Shown here: one piece after another, positions 37,786-47,992 of the stretch | Position numbering within the stretch: the stretch's first letter is position 1 | How the letters are laid out: every line of letters starts with the position of its first letter | Virus record (IMG/VR): IMGVR_UViG_3300013741_000003 | DNA from: an uncultured virus (IMG/VR IMGVR_UViG_3300013741_000003) | Lineage: Duplodnaviria; Heunggongvirae; Uroviricota; Caudoviricetes | Direction: 5' to 3' (one strand) | Length of the DNA: 64,000 nucleotides | The notes under the pieces: model-generated | What the model saw: only the letters and a program-made list of their open reading frames with translations | Databases searched by the model: none | Told to the model about the DNA's origin: nothing | Translations under genes and position numbers: made by a program

Positions 37786-38033
37786 TATTCAATTACCTCA
37801 ACATAAGGAACCTGTTCGAAATTGTAAGTATTATCACCTGCTCCAAAAGCTACAACATCTTCGAGAGACAGATGCTTAGTGTTATTATAACCATCAAGCA
37901 AAGAGTCAAGGTGCATTTCATCATCCTTACTCATATCATGAATAAGTTCTTTAATCATTTTTAACTGCATTTTACTAATACAGCCAAGCACTTTACCTGA
38001 TGTGATTTCAGTGATCTGGAATGCTGTTTTCAT
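37785..38033 (-). CDS. hypothetical protein
   Basis: GAGG SD, promoter at 38062-38090. Confidence 0.65.
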   Translation of the reverse strand: MKTAFQITEITSGKVLGCISKMQLKMIKELIHDMSKDDEMHLDSLLDGYNNTKHLSLEDVVAFGAGDNTYNFEQVPYVEVIE

Positions 38034-38164
38034 TTTTTATCCTCTATGTTAATTTTCAATCATTATAGCATTTAGCTTTATCTTGCACAATCTTTTTTTA
38101 CATTATTGAATTTATAGCCGGATATGTTTTAATAATAACATTAAATAAAATATAGGATGTAAAA

Positions 38165-38920
38165 ATGTTAATAAGAAAAAATATTCATGGACAAATATTG
38201 TCAAAAGAAGTTGTAGGTAATGAGTATGAATATAAAATAGCTCATAAAGATAGAATTTATACCGTATATTGCCCTCAAGAACCTCAATATGATTTCAACT
38301 ATAAAGATAACGTATATTTAGTTTATAAGCGTTCATCTATATTATGGGGTAAAAAAATTGTTGTATTAATGACTAACAATTTAACAGAAATAAAAATAAA
38401 ATCAGGTAAGTCTTCTAATATTTCTGCCTTGCTTGATACAGGAATATTATTGTCCCTATTGTATTTAGTATCTAAGTTATTTTCTGCTTATATAAATCAT
38501 GTAGTCTCAGATGAAATAGTTTCTAAATCAGAAGTTTTATTTTCTACTGTATTTATGTTATTTTTCTTTTGGTTTTTATTTCGTTCATTTATTCTCTTTT
38601 TTAAAATTGGAAAAGATGCATCCTTATTTGATACCTTATTTAATGAAGAGTGTATGAATAATAAAAAACTTAAAGTATACAACAAATATATTAAAGATAA
38701 CTTTTCATTAACAGAGAGAGTTATTAATAAAAAGTTAACAGAAGAAGAAAAAATACATCTTGAAAAAGCAATAGATACAATGGATTATTCATCTACTGAA
38801 AAAGTATTAATCAGTGATATTATTTCTAAACCTGTTATATCTATACGAGATATTAAGAATATAGAACTCAATAAAATGAAAAAAGAGTTTGAAGCCAAAG
38901 AAATTCTTTATAAAAAATAA
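38165..38920 (+). CDS. membrane protein with two TM helices
   Basis: two central hydrophobic segments. Confidence 0.7.
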   Translation: MLIRKNIHGQILSKEVVGNEYEYKIAHKDRIYTVYCPQEPQYDFNYKDNVYLVYKRSSILWGKKIVVLMTNNLTEIKIKSGKSSNISALLDTGILLSLLYLVSKLFSAYINHVVSDEIVSKSEVLFSTVFMLFFFWFLFRSFILFFKIGKDASLFDTLFNEECMNNKKLKVYNKYIKDNFSLTERVINKKLTEEEKIHLEKAIDTMDYSSTEKVLISDIISKPVISIRDIKNIELNKMKKEFEAKEILYKK

Positions 38921-38944
38921 AAGCCTCGCAAGAGGCTTTTTTAC

Positions 38945-39217
38945 TTAATCTAATTGTCCTGACAGACCTTTAATATTACATCGTTCCGCAGTAGAAAATC
39001 CATAAGCATCATTCATTTGTTTATATTTTACTATACCATCTTTAACCTCAACAATTTCTTTAACTGGCTCATTGGTAATATGCTGACCTCTTTCAGTCAG
39101 ACAGGTAATATAATAACGTGCTCCTTCATTGTAATATTTTACCTCAAATTTACTATCAGCATGAGACATTCCAACAAAAGAAAAGAATACTAGAAAAGCA
39201 ATAATATATTTTTTCAT
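38945..39217 (-). CDS. small secreted protein
   Basis: signal peptide ending SHA. Confidence 0.6.
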   Translation of the reverse strand: MKKYIIAFLVFFSFVGMSHADSKFEVKYYNEGARYYITCLTERGQHITNEPVKEIVEVKDGIVKYKQMNDAYGFSTAERCNIKGLSGQLD

Positions 39218-39238
39218 ATGATTTGATTCCTTTTTGAT

Positions 39239-39487
39239 TTAAAATTCAACTGTGATAACACCGTTATTTTGACTGATTTTGTAATTTTCTTTATTGCTGT
39301 TATTTTTTAAATCTTTGATAATTTTCTCTGGTTTAATAGCACAGTATTGCTGGCTACAGCCTTCTGATGGCAAAATAGTTAAACTTACTTGTATTTGACC
39401 ACTTGTGGTTTCAGCGGTGACATTAAAGCTAAAAATAACAAGCATCAGGGTAAGTAAAGTCATTAATCTTTTCATTTTATTCCTCAT
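39239..39487 (-). CDS. small secreted protein
   Basis: signal peptide then TSGQIQVSLTILP..GC. Confidence 0.55.
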   Translation of the reverse strand: MRNKMKRLMTLLTLMLVIFSFNVTAETTSGQIQVSLTILPSEGCSQQYCAIKPEKIIKDLKNNSNKENYKISQNNGVITVEF

Positions 39488-39490
39488 TCA

Positions 39491-39754
39491 TTAAATAAGA
39501 TTTTCTACTTCTTTTTTAAACGCTAATAATTGACTTTCCTTACCTCTTACTTTGAAAATCCCATACTCAAAAAACCAACCTTTTTTGATTTTTAAATCTA
39601 ACTCTAAATCAAAATGCTTTGCTACTTTTTCAATCAGTGATTGAAAACCTGAATTTTTTAAAACATTGTATTCCATACCCCATGTACCAATACGTTCCTG
39701 TTTTTGTACTTTTTGTTTTTCAAAAAGTTCGCCATCAAGTAATGTTGTATTCAT
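39491..39754 (-). CDS. hypothetical protein (start revised to MNTTLL)
   Basis: promoter at 39787-39815 lies inside the longer ORF call. Confidence 0.6.
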   Translation of the reverse strand: MNTTLLDGELFEKQKVQKQERIGTWGMEYNVLKNSGFQSLIEKVAKHFDLELDLKIKKGWFFEYGIFKVRGKESQLLAFKKEVENLI

Positions 39755-39822
39755 TTTATTTTCTCTTACTGTTTCAAAGTAAGGGTATTTTACCATACCC
39801 TTAACTTGTGCACAACAACTAT

Positions 39823-40554
39823 TTACCAAACCTTCACGGTTAAACCAAAGATTTCGCTAAGAGCTTCTGATGCTTCTTCTATGACTTCTTTTACGTTATC
39901 ACTATTACTTTCTTTTTCTTTGTTGAACAATTCAATAATCTTTTCTTGGTTCGCTTTTTTGTATAAAGCTGACCAGAATTTATTACGTTTTAAAGATTCT
40001 TCAACATTTTCGATAGCATTATCTAAATGCTGATTAACATGATCGGCAATCATTTTAAACAGTTCATCTTTTTTATCTTTAGAAATTTTAAGCTCCAAAC
40101 CTTCTACAGAAGTAACAAGTTCGTCATCCTTAACTTTCCATTCATTATTTTTATCAAACTTCATTGATTTAACTTCTTGTGATTTTCCTTTATTCAACAA
40201 AGAATAAAACTCTGCCACAGAATCTTTTTCTCCATCATGAAACTTAATATCAAAAGAAAAAACCAATTCATTATTATCATCAATATAAGCTTCGTAAGCT
40301 AATGAATTTTTTAAAGCTCGGACAGCAGCGAAAATATAACCAAGATCTTGCTCTTTTTTTAGCAGTGTTAACCATTTATCAAAATCAATATTGATTTCTT
40401 GCCCTCTTATCTCTTTCAATAAATGAAGATCCATCCAACTAAACTTAAGAGAATCAATAAAAGGAGCAACATCGGAAACAAGAATCAGACCTTCTGTCAC
40501 CTTTGTTGACACCTTCTTCGGATCACCAAAACCAAAAGATTCATAAATAATCAT
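39823..40554 (-). CDS. paralog family C member (start revised to MIIYES)
   Basis: G..LVSDVAPFIDSL, ADHVNQHLDNA; promoter at 40586-40614. Confidence 0.75.
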   Translation of the reverse strand: MIIYESFGFGDPKKVSTKVTEGLILVSDVAPFIDSLKFSWMDLHLLKEIRGQEINIDFDKWLTLLKKEQDLGYIFAAVRALKNSLAYEAYIDDNNELVFSFDIKFHDGEKDSVAEFYSLLNKGKSQEVKSMKFDKNNEWKVKDDELVTSVEGLELKISKDKKDELFKMIADHVNQHLDNAIENVEESLKRNKFWSALYKKANQEKIIELFNKEKESNSDNVKEVIEEASEALSEIFGLTVKVW

Positions 40555-40640
40555 ATTTTTACCATAGTAGTTAGTTTGTTGTCTCATTATAACTTATTCA
40601 CTAATGAAGTACAATGAAAAAGCTCCCGCAGGAGCTTAAA

Positions 40641-41399
40641 TCACCATACTTTGACTTTTTTCAACAGTAGATAGTCTTCAACTAGGTTTTCTAATTTCTT
40701 GAGATCATAACTTTCACTATCAGAATCACGTTCTAAAGTAAAAAGCTCATTTACAACATCTGTTAAGAATTTTTTAGTATCTTCGGTATTATAGAACTTT
40801 TTAAAACCTTCAATATTAGAAAGCACTTCATCAAGTTCTTTTTCAGCATTATCTAAATGCTCTTTAACATGATCTGAAATCACTTTGAAAATTTTAGAGG
40901 TAAAATCTTGAGTAATGATTACACTAACTTCACCTTCGATACTTACCAAGGAACCATCTATTAATGCCCAACCAGTCTTATAGCGTTGTTCACTAAAAGA
41001 ACGAAGCCTTTGTTCACCGCTTTTATTTAAATCTTTCAAATGATTATCAATTAAAGCAATATGCTCTTCTTTAGTTTTAGCCTTCCAAAATGTAAGATGT
41101 AAAAGGTCACATTTTTTATTATCAAAAAAACATTCACGATTAACAAAATTTGAAAATACTTTTATTGCTTCATTAATTAGTTCTAATTTTTCCTGTTTTT
41201 CAATTACACTCAACCATTTTTTAAAATTAATATTTAAACCGCATTCCTTATCCAAATAATAAATACTGATAAGATTTTTTGATGATAAGAAAAGAGAATC
41301 TATGCAGGGAGAAATATTCGATACTTCTACATAACCATTCAATACAAATGGTGATACATTGTTTTTACTTTGATGGTTTACAGGATTGTTAATCTTCAT
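40641..41399 (-). CDS. paralog family C member
   Basis: GYVEVSNISPCIDSL, SDHVKEHLDNA, C-terminal VKVW. Confidence 0.75.
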   Translation of the reverse strand: MKINNPVNHQSKNNVSPFVLNGYVEVSNISPCIDSLFLSSKNLISIYYLDKECGLNINFKKWLSVIEKQEKLELINEAIKVFSNFVNRECFFDNKKCDLLHLTFWKAKTKEEHIALIDNHLKDLNKSGEQRLRSFSEQRYKTGWALIDGSLVSIEGEVSVIITQDFTSKIFKVISDHVKEHLDNAEKELDEVLSNIEGFKKFYNTEDTKKFLTDVVNELFTLERDSDSESYDLKKLENLVEDYLLLKKVKVW

Positions 41400-41528
41400 T
41401 ATAGACTCCTTTAAATTATATGAGATAGTATATCAAAATTCTCTGTTTTGCACAAATACTTTATATATATTTTCGATTTTATCATAACTCTTATGATATC
41501 ATATTATAAAACAATTTAAGGATGCCTT

Positions 41529-42071
41529 ATGTCATATGAATTAAAACTTGAGCTTAAAGCAGATGCCCCAAAAGAAAAGATTTTAATAACATTAGAAGAA
41601 CAATTTAAAGATTTTGATTTCTGTATTCGATTTGATACTTTTGATTCAGGAATTATTGCAGTATATTCCTCTATGGCTAGTGAACAATACGCCTCTTTAT
41701 ATCAATGCCTATACTATGTCGCTTATCAATATGGCAAACGTATGATTGATTTATCTAGATTAGAATATCTTCCTTATTATTATCATGACGATTCCTTAAA
41801 TCTTATTGTAGATCAACTTTCTCGTATGTATTATGGCGATACAGAATTTGTTTATTTAATAGATAAGGATGGTTATGAAAAGGTTGATATCTCAGAATTT
41901 GCTAATAATGATTTTGATAACTTCATAAAACAACATGGCGAAGATAAGATTTATGACTATGCTTTAGATTGCACTGAAGTTGAAACTCACGATAATTTTA
42001 CTTTAATCCAAAATGTTGAATATGGATTTAAAATACTTAAAGAGTTTATGTTAAAATGTAAAGATTTTTAA
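41529..42071 (+). CDS. hypothetical protein
   Basis: 180-aa ORF with AAGGA SD. Confidence 0.65.
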   Translation: MSYELKLELKADAPKEKILITLEEQFKDFDFCIRFDTFDSGIIAVYSSMASEQYASLYQCLYYVAYQYGKRMIDLSRLEYLPYYYHDDSLNLIVDQLSRMYYGDTEFVYLIDKDGYEKVDISEFANNDFDNFIKQHGEDKIYDYALDCTEVETHDNFTLIQNVEYGFKILKEFMLKCKDF

Positions 42072-42101
42072 TAAATAAAAAGGCTCCCGGAGGAGCCTTT
42101 A

Positions 42102-43076
42102 TTATGCTTTTGCTTGTTCTACTTCATCTTCCATTTCTTCATCTTCGTATTCATGAACTTCTTTATTTCGGTCAGGCTCAAAATAAATATACTTAATATC
42201 AGGGAATGCTGCTTTTAGACTATCCTCTACGCGGTTTGTTGCATCAACAAGTCCAATTTCACTACCTGTTTTATGCATTTCTGCCTGAACTAAAACAATG
42301 ATTTTTTCACCCCACTGTAGAGAAACTAAACGATATAATGTTTTAATTTCTGGTCGGGATTTAACAAACTCTTCCATAGCTTCATTTTTTTCAGGACTTG
42401 CTGATTCACCAACAATTAAGCTTTTAATTTCACTAATAACAAAGATAGCTACCATAATAAGTAAACCACCTACCATCATGCTACCTACAGCATCCCATCT
42501 TGAATCACCCGTCACATAGGCAAGGCAAAGGGATAACAACGCTAATAAAAGACCACTAATTGCCGCAATATCTTCACCCGTTACAATCAACATTTCTGAA
42601 GATCTCGTTTCTTTAAACCACTTAAATAAACTTTTACCTGCTCTTTCCTTTTGAATATGCTTTAACGCACCTCTAAGAGCATAACCTTCCAAAGCAATAG
42701 ATGCCAATAATACTAAAATAGCATAACCGACATATTCAAGTGGCTCTGGATGAATAAAGTGCTCAAATCCTTTATATACAGAAAACGCACCACCTACAAG
42801 AAGTAGCATCATACCTACAAGCAATGAATAGAAATACATTACTCTTCCATGACCCAATGGATGTTCTTCGCTCTCTGGAGCTTTAGCTTCTCTTAAACCT
42901 AACAAAAGTAGTAATTGGTTGGCACAGTCAGCAAATGAGTGAATAGATTCTGCTAACATCGCTCCCGAACCTGTCATTACTGCAGTGATTGTTTTGATAA
43001 TCGCAATACTAAAGTTTGCGAATAATGCTCTTAAAATTGAACCTACTGGACTACCACTAGCTGAATCAGCTTTCAT
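42102..43076 (-). CDS. cation diffusion facilitator (CDF) transporter
   Basis: six TM helices; AESIHSFAD, HPLGHGR, ED.AA, WDAVGS, YFEPD. Confidence 0.9.
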   Translation of the reverse strand: MKADSASGSPVGSILRALFANFSIAIIKTITAVMTGSGAMLAESIHSFADCANQLLLLLGLREAKAPESEEHPLGHGRVMYFYSLLVGMMLLLVGGAFSVYKGFEHFIHPEPLEYVGYAILVLLASIALEGYALRGALKHIQKERAGKSLFKWFKETRSSEMLIVTGEDIAAISGLLLALLSLCLAYVTGDSRWDAVGSMMVGGLLIMVAIFVISEIKSLIVGESASPEKNEAMEEFVKSRPEIKTLYRLVSLQWGEKIIVLVQAEMHKTGSEIGLVDATNRVEDSLKAAFPDIKYIYFEPDRNKEVHEYEDEEMEDEVEQAKA

Positions 43077-43221
43077 TTTTTCCTCTTTAAAGTTACGTCA
43101 ATGTTTGACAAGATATATAATACCAATATAATAGCTCCTTTACAATGATTTTTTTCATTATTTTTAGATAATGCTTTTAACAAAAATGACCCCGAAGGGC
43201 CATTTTTTATTAACAGACTGT

Positions 43222-44238
43222 TTATTTTTCAATCTTTTTAAGATACCTATACATTGATTGTAAAGCTACATCCATTGTCATAGAAAGAACGTACATCATA
43301 CTTCCTCCATCTGCATAGACAACATCTCCATTTTTAATAGTTAATACCTTATTCCTCAACGATAGTTGATTATTTTTTAATTTTAAATCGAAATCTTCCC
43401 TACTTTTTATACTTCCGTTTATTTCTTTATCAATAAAATAAATGGATAGATTATTATTATCTTCATTAAAAAGGAATGTACAGTTTTGATCGTCAATTAC
43501 TAAATTGTCATTCTCAATCCATACATAGTTATCCGCATCATTGAAATCAAAAGGATGTTCTTTTGTATAACCCATTTTTTCACAGAACAATTTTATGGTT
43601 CTTTTTTTCCTGATAAAGTCTTCTTTTTTACCTTCAAAAAAGATATTACTATCTTGTCCTAAACTTTGATAAAACTCATCCGAATATTTTTCAATTTCAA
43701 TATAATTATGTAAGAAATGAACATAATCCTGTATAAGCCAAAGATTAGGGCTAGGCCAAATTTCATTACAGTCAACTTCTTTTGTGTCTATCTCAATTAA
43801 ATCCTTCTCTAAAGATTTTATAAATTTTTCATCCGCATGATTATTATTATTTTTTATCACATCAATAAAACTTTTTAATTCTGCTTTCATTTCAGCACGA
43901 CTTTTTTGATATGTTTTTTTAAATACTGACTTTAAAGAAATATCACGATTCATTTCTGTTGCATCAACTATACGTGATTTTATATAGGATATGTCATCTT
44001 TTATATTATTGGGATTAACTTCCTCTACAAACACATCAATATTACCATATTGATTTTTTATAAAAATATAACATAAATTTGAATCTTCATTAATGATGTA
44101 TTTCACCTCTATATCTTTAATTTTTAATAGAGGAAATAAGGCTGAATGAGAAAAAAACTCATCACTTTTATTTATTATTACGCTACGAAAATCATTTTGT
44201 TTATTTATCGCATCATATAGGAAGTTAGTATTTTGCAT
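43222..44238 (-). CDS. paralog family B member (C-terminally short)
   Basis: FNDADNYVWIEND.LVIDDQNCT, NGDVVYADGG. Confidence 0.75.
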   Translation of the reverse strand: MQNTNFLYDAINKQNDFRSVIINKSDEFFSHSALFPLLKIKDIEVKYIINEDSNLCYIFIKNQYGNIDVFVEEVNPNNIKDDISYIKSRIVDATEMNRDISLKSVFKKTYQKSRAEMKAELKSFIDVIKNNNNHADEKFIKSLEKDLIEIDTKEVDCNEIWPSPNLWLIQDYVHFLHNYIEIEKYSDEFYQSLGQDSNIFFEGKKEDFIRKKRTIKLFCEKMGYTKEHPFDFNDADNYVWIENDNLVIDDQNCTFLFNEDNNNLSIYFIDKEINGSIKSREDFDLKLKNNQLSLRNKVLTIKNGDVVYADGGSMMYVLSMTMDVALQSMYRYLKKIEK

Positions 44239-44345
44239 TAGGTTAATATTCCTTAAATATTTTCATCAGTATATCATGAAATTTGTATATCAATTAAAAC
44301 AATAAAAACAGCCTCGCGGGAGACTGTTTTTATTATCTATATTTT

Positions 44346-45713
44346 TTAAACTTTATTAAATAACAATAAATCTTCACAGAAATCTATTGCATTATTAAGA
44401 GCTTTCTCTCGCGTATCTCCTCCATCACAACTAAGTGGTAGCGGTTTTTTATCTTTCAATACATTAATAAAGTACTCAAGAGCTTCTATCCATTCTTTAT
44501 TTAAAATCCAGTCTCTTTGCTGTTTATAGAATGATACTATCAATAACTTCTCTTCTTTGTCTGATACTTCAGGAAGATCTTCAATATAAAGATTAGTTTG
44601 ATGGTAAACAAACCCTTTTTCTCTTTCATCATAATCAAAACCACCACCATTTCTTAATAAAGCTGCTGATATCATTTCAAATTTAGAGCAAGAGCATAAC
44701 GTATTCTGATAACGTAGCTGATAATCAAAAGATTTTATATTTTCAGGATAAATGATTTCATCCATTAAACCTTCTTTTTCCAAAATATAAGCAACAGTGC
44801 TCAAAATAACTACAAAACCATTCATTAAACCTTTTTTATCTGCATAAACAGCTTTACCATTTACACATTTTAAAAGCATATTTTCAAATGGTCGCTCTTT
44901 CAAAGCACCTGATTTTATTTGTTCTATAAATTTCTTCTTACTCAATTTATTACTGTCTGAATAAATATTAACACCATCTTTATCTAAAGTGATCCCATAT
45001 CTCCAATCAAAATCTTGAATAAATAAAACATCATCTTTTACAAATGTTTCATAATGAAAAAACTGCGACTTTGACGTTAAGACGGAAGATACTTTTTCCA
45101 ATTTAATAGATAATCCCTTTAATGCTTTTTGAATAAAACCTAAATCTTCGGATATAGATTCTTCATATAATGGCTCAATATAAAGTTCTTCTCCTGAAAA
45201 TATACTTAACTCTTTATAAAAATTAGATGTCTTATCAATATAGTTAGAGCAATTAAATAAACATTTTTTTAATCCATCTTTCAATAAAGCTGTTTTATTT
45301 GCTTCTCCATTTTCATTATCTTCGCATTTATGTTTTTTATCAATTTCTTTTAATAGTACTTTTGGAGAAATTCCAATATTAAAATCAGCTTCAAAGATAG
45401 AAAATATAAAATCATGGTTGGATTCATATGAATCTAGTGGATTATCTAAAGAACCTTTTAATGTTTTAATATTAGGATTCTTATTAGCTTTCGTAGAGAA
45501 AATAGAAACCTTTCTTTTTTCTCTTTCTAAGATGATGATATATTTTTCTGAACCATTTCCTTTAAAGGATTTAATATTTTCTTCAATATCAATAACTTTA
45601 TCGCTTGACCATAATTTAATAACAGCTCGACCAAGACTATTGTAATAATCTTCATTATTTAATACTGTATTACGTAATAAGCTTTTTTCATTTAACCAAG
45701 ATTCAATATTCAT
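44346..45713 (-). CDS. divergent paralog family B member
   Basis: NGKAVYAD, YQLRY, GGGFDYDE, YIEDL, LNKEW. Confidence 0.7.
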   Translation of the reverse strand: MNIESWLNEKSLLRNTVLNNEDYYNSLGRAVIKLWSSDKVIDIEENIKSFKGNGSEKYIIILEREKRKVSIFSTKANKNPNIKTLKGSLDNPLDSYESNHDFIFSIFEADFNIGISPKVLLKEIDKKHKCEDNENGEANKTALLKDGLKKCLFNCSNYIDKTSNFYKELSIFSGEELYIEPLYEESISEDLGFIQKALKGLSIKLEKVSSVLTSKSQFFHYETFVKDDVLFIQDFDWRYGITLDKDGVNIYSDSNKLSKKKFIEQIKSGALKERPFENMLLKCVNGKAVYADKKGLMNGFVVILSTVAYILEKEGLMDEIIYPENIKSFDYQLRYQNTLCSCSKFEMISAALLRNGGGFDYDEREKGFVYHQTNLYIEDLPEVSDKEEKLLIVSFYKQQRDWILNKEWIEALEYFINVLKDKKPLPLSCDGGDTREKALNNAIDFCEDLLLFNKV

Positions 45714-45750
45714 TTTTATCCTCTGTTCCGTGAACCCAATTTATACCATT

Positions 45751-47193
45751 TTATTTTTTAAGAGATTTTAATTTCTTATTTAAGTATTTTACCATTGAGG
45801 TATATTCATTTTTCTGCCTTTCTTTATCATTATTAAAAGCTTGAGATAATACTTCATTCTCATTAAATATTTTAACTAATTTCTCAAAAGCATTTAACCA
45901 TTCAGTGTTTAAATATGTTATTTTATCTAACATAAATTTTGCTCCAGATAGAGTATAAATCTTATCGTCCAATTTATTATCTGTTTCTGTTTCTGTTTCT
46001 AAATCTTCAATATAGGAAACATCTCTATAACAAATATTACCTGTTTCCTCATTATAACTTTGACCTGCACCAATGAGTAAAAATGTATGGAATATAAAAT
46101 CGATTTCTTTCTTTTTATACTTTGTGAAAAAGTATTTTCGCTGATAATCATAATCTGTTATATCGGTTTTATAATCAGGTGAGCCAAGACCTTCTGAAAC
46201 CATAACGTAAGATGAACTTTCGATATCTGAAAGGAATACGTTCATAGGCAGACCACCATCGGCATACTCAACCTCGCCATTTTTAACAACAAGAATAGCG
46301 TGCTTGAAAAAATCTACACTGTTATTTTTTAATGCTGCTTTAAATCTTTCTTCTTCTTTACTCTCTTCAATATGAATAGTTTCAAGATAATAAACGGTAA
46401 AATTATCTTTATCACCTACAAAGAATAATGTGCAGCCTTGATCGTCTAATACTAATACATCATCTTCCATCCAAACATGATTATCTAGATCATTAAAAGT
46501 AAATGGTTGTTCTCTTGTAAACTTCTCTTTTTTACAAATAGATTGGAAGAACTCTCTTTTTACTTTTATATCTTCTAAATGTTTGGATGCTTCATTTTTT
46601 GCTTCAACCATTAATTCTTTGAAGAAATCATCACTATACAATTTCATTCCAGTCATAGTATTTAGGAATTTATTAAGACATACAATTTTATAAAGGTAAT
46701 AACAGGTCTCAACATCTTTTGATGTTTCCTGTTTTTTCATTTCTGTAAAGTTTTCAAGCATTTTTTCTACATCTGCTGAATCTTTACCTTCTTGTTCAAG
46801 TTTGTTAACGAAAGCCTCCATGAGGTTTATCATTTCATCAGAGAAAAAATTGTGAGTTGTTCTCTGATTGCTGATTACCAATGGGAAACCATAAATTTTA
46901 TTTTCCTTAGCTTTCAGATTACTCAATCCATAACTTAACAAGTATTCTACAGTCTCGTCTTTATCATCTTGTTTATGACGAACCATATAAGCTTTAATAG
47001 CATTGCCTTTATTTAACTTTTCCAGAACATAGATAAAGTCAGTAGTATCAAAATATTTAACTTCTCTGATTTCGTCAGAATAAAGATTTGTCATGAGAGT
47101 TTTGTCAAAAAGAGTATAGAGAGAACTAATCATATCATCTCTGAATGATTTTTCTTTATTGATAGCATTTTGAATAAAATGAGTTTCTGACAT
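45751..47193 (-). CDS. paralog family B member (start revised to MSETHF)
   Basis: FNDLDNHVW..DDQGCT, HTFL.IGAG; AAGGA SD. Confidence 0.75.
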   Translation of the reverse strand: MSETHFIQNAINKEKSFRDDMISSLYTLFDKTLMTNLYSDEIREVKYFDTTDFIYVLEKLNKGNAIKAYMVRHKQDDKDETVEYLLSYGLSNLKAKENKIYGFPLVISNQRTTHNFFSDEMINLMEAFVNKLEQEGKDSADVEKMLENFTEMKKQETSKDVETCYYLYKIVCLNKFLNTMTGMKLYSDDFFKELMVEAKNEASKHLEDIKVKREFFQSICKKEKFTREQPFTFNDLDNHVWMEDDVLVLDDQGCTLFFVGDKDNFTVYYLETIHIEESKEEERFKAALKNNSVDFFKHAILVVKNGEVEYADGGLPMNVFLSDIESSSYVMVSEGLGSPDYKTDITDYDYQRKYFFTKYKKKEIDFIFHTFLLIGAGQSYNEETGNICYRDVSYIEDLETETETDNKLDDKIYTLSGAKFMLDKITYLNTEWLNAFEKLVKIFNENEVLSQAFNNDKERQKNEYTSMVKYLNKKLKSLKK

Positions 47194-47454
47194 TATAAGT
47201 TCCTTAAAGTTTATATTTTTTCTATTATATCTTAGACCTTTATGAGTAACAACAAAAACCACCCGGAGGTGGCTTTAATCTTTATATTTCCATTTATCTG
47301 GAGTATAATACACGTAGCTTGTACCAGCAAACCACAAATTACCAATTCGGTATAGTTCTGCTTCTTCTCCGTGAGGAGAAATCGTTTTTACTATTACATT
47401 TTCTTCTGGTAGTTCTTGATGTGGAGATTTCCAATTAGCCATACAAACCTCTTT

Positions 47455-47904
47455 TCAGTTTACTTGTTTTTTATCCTTAAAAATCACTTTAGAGTATTTT
47501 TTTGATTCGGATGAAAAAATAGGTTCAATATATTTAATACCATCCTCACTATATGAAGATTGGCAAATACCAGAGATATTATTTTCATCACAAAAAGAGA
47601 ACATTTTTTCAATCAATACTCTTGCAATTCCACGACCTCTAAATGATGGATCGACACCAATATTCATCATTGCCCATTGGCAATCAGGATATCCACTCCA
47701 TCCTTTTTCGTAATATGAAAGGCAGAGTAGCCCAATAGCTTTTTCGCCATCAATGACAGCAAAATACAAGTTTTCACCATTAAACGAAGCATCAAAGTAA
47801 GGAACATTTTCGTTAAATAAATCATCATATAACTCATATGCTTCTTTTACTTCGCCTTTAAATGTCATTTTTAATGATTTAGAAAAAACTTGTACATTTA
47901 ACAT
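47455..47904 (-). CDS. GNAT acetyltransferase
   Basis: IGVDPSFRGRGIARVLI acetyl-CoA binding motif. Confidence 0.85.
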   Translation of the reverse strand: MLNVQVFSKSLKMTFKGEVKEAYELYDDLFNENVPYFDASFNGENLYFAVIDGEKAIGLLCLSYYEKGWSGYPDCQWAMMNIGVDPSFRGRGIARVLIEKMFSFCDENNISGICQSSYSEDGIKYIEPIFSSESKKYSKVIFKDKKQVN

Positions 47905-47992
47905 GTTTTTAAGCTCTCTTGTTTACAGTAGAGCTATTATAACAAACATACACATCATGCACAAGTTTTAAAATCCATCCTTGGATTATTTT

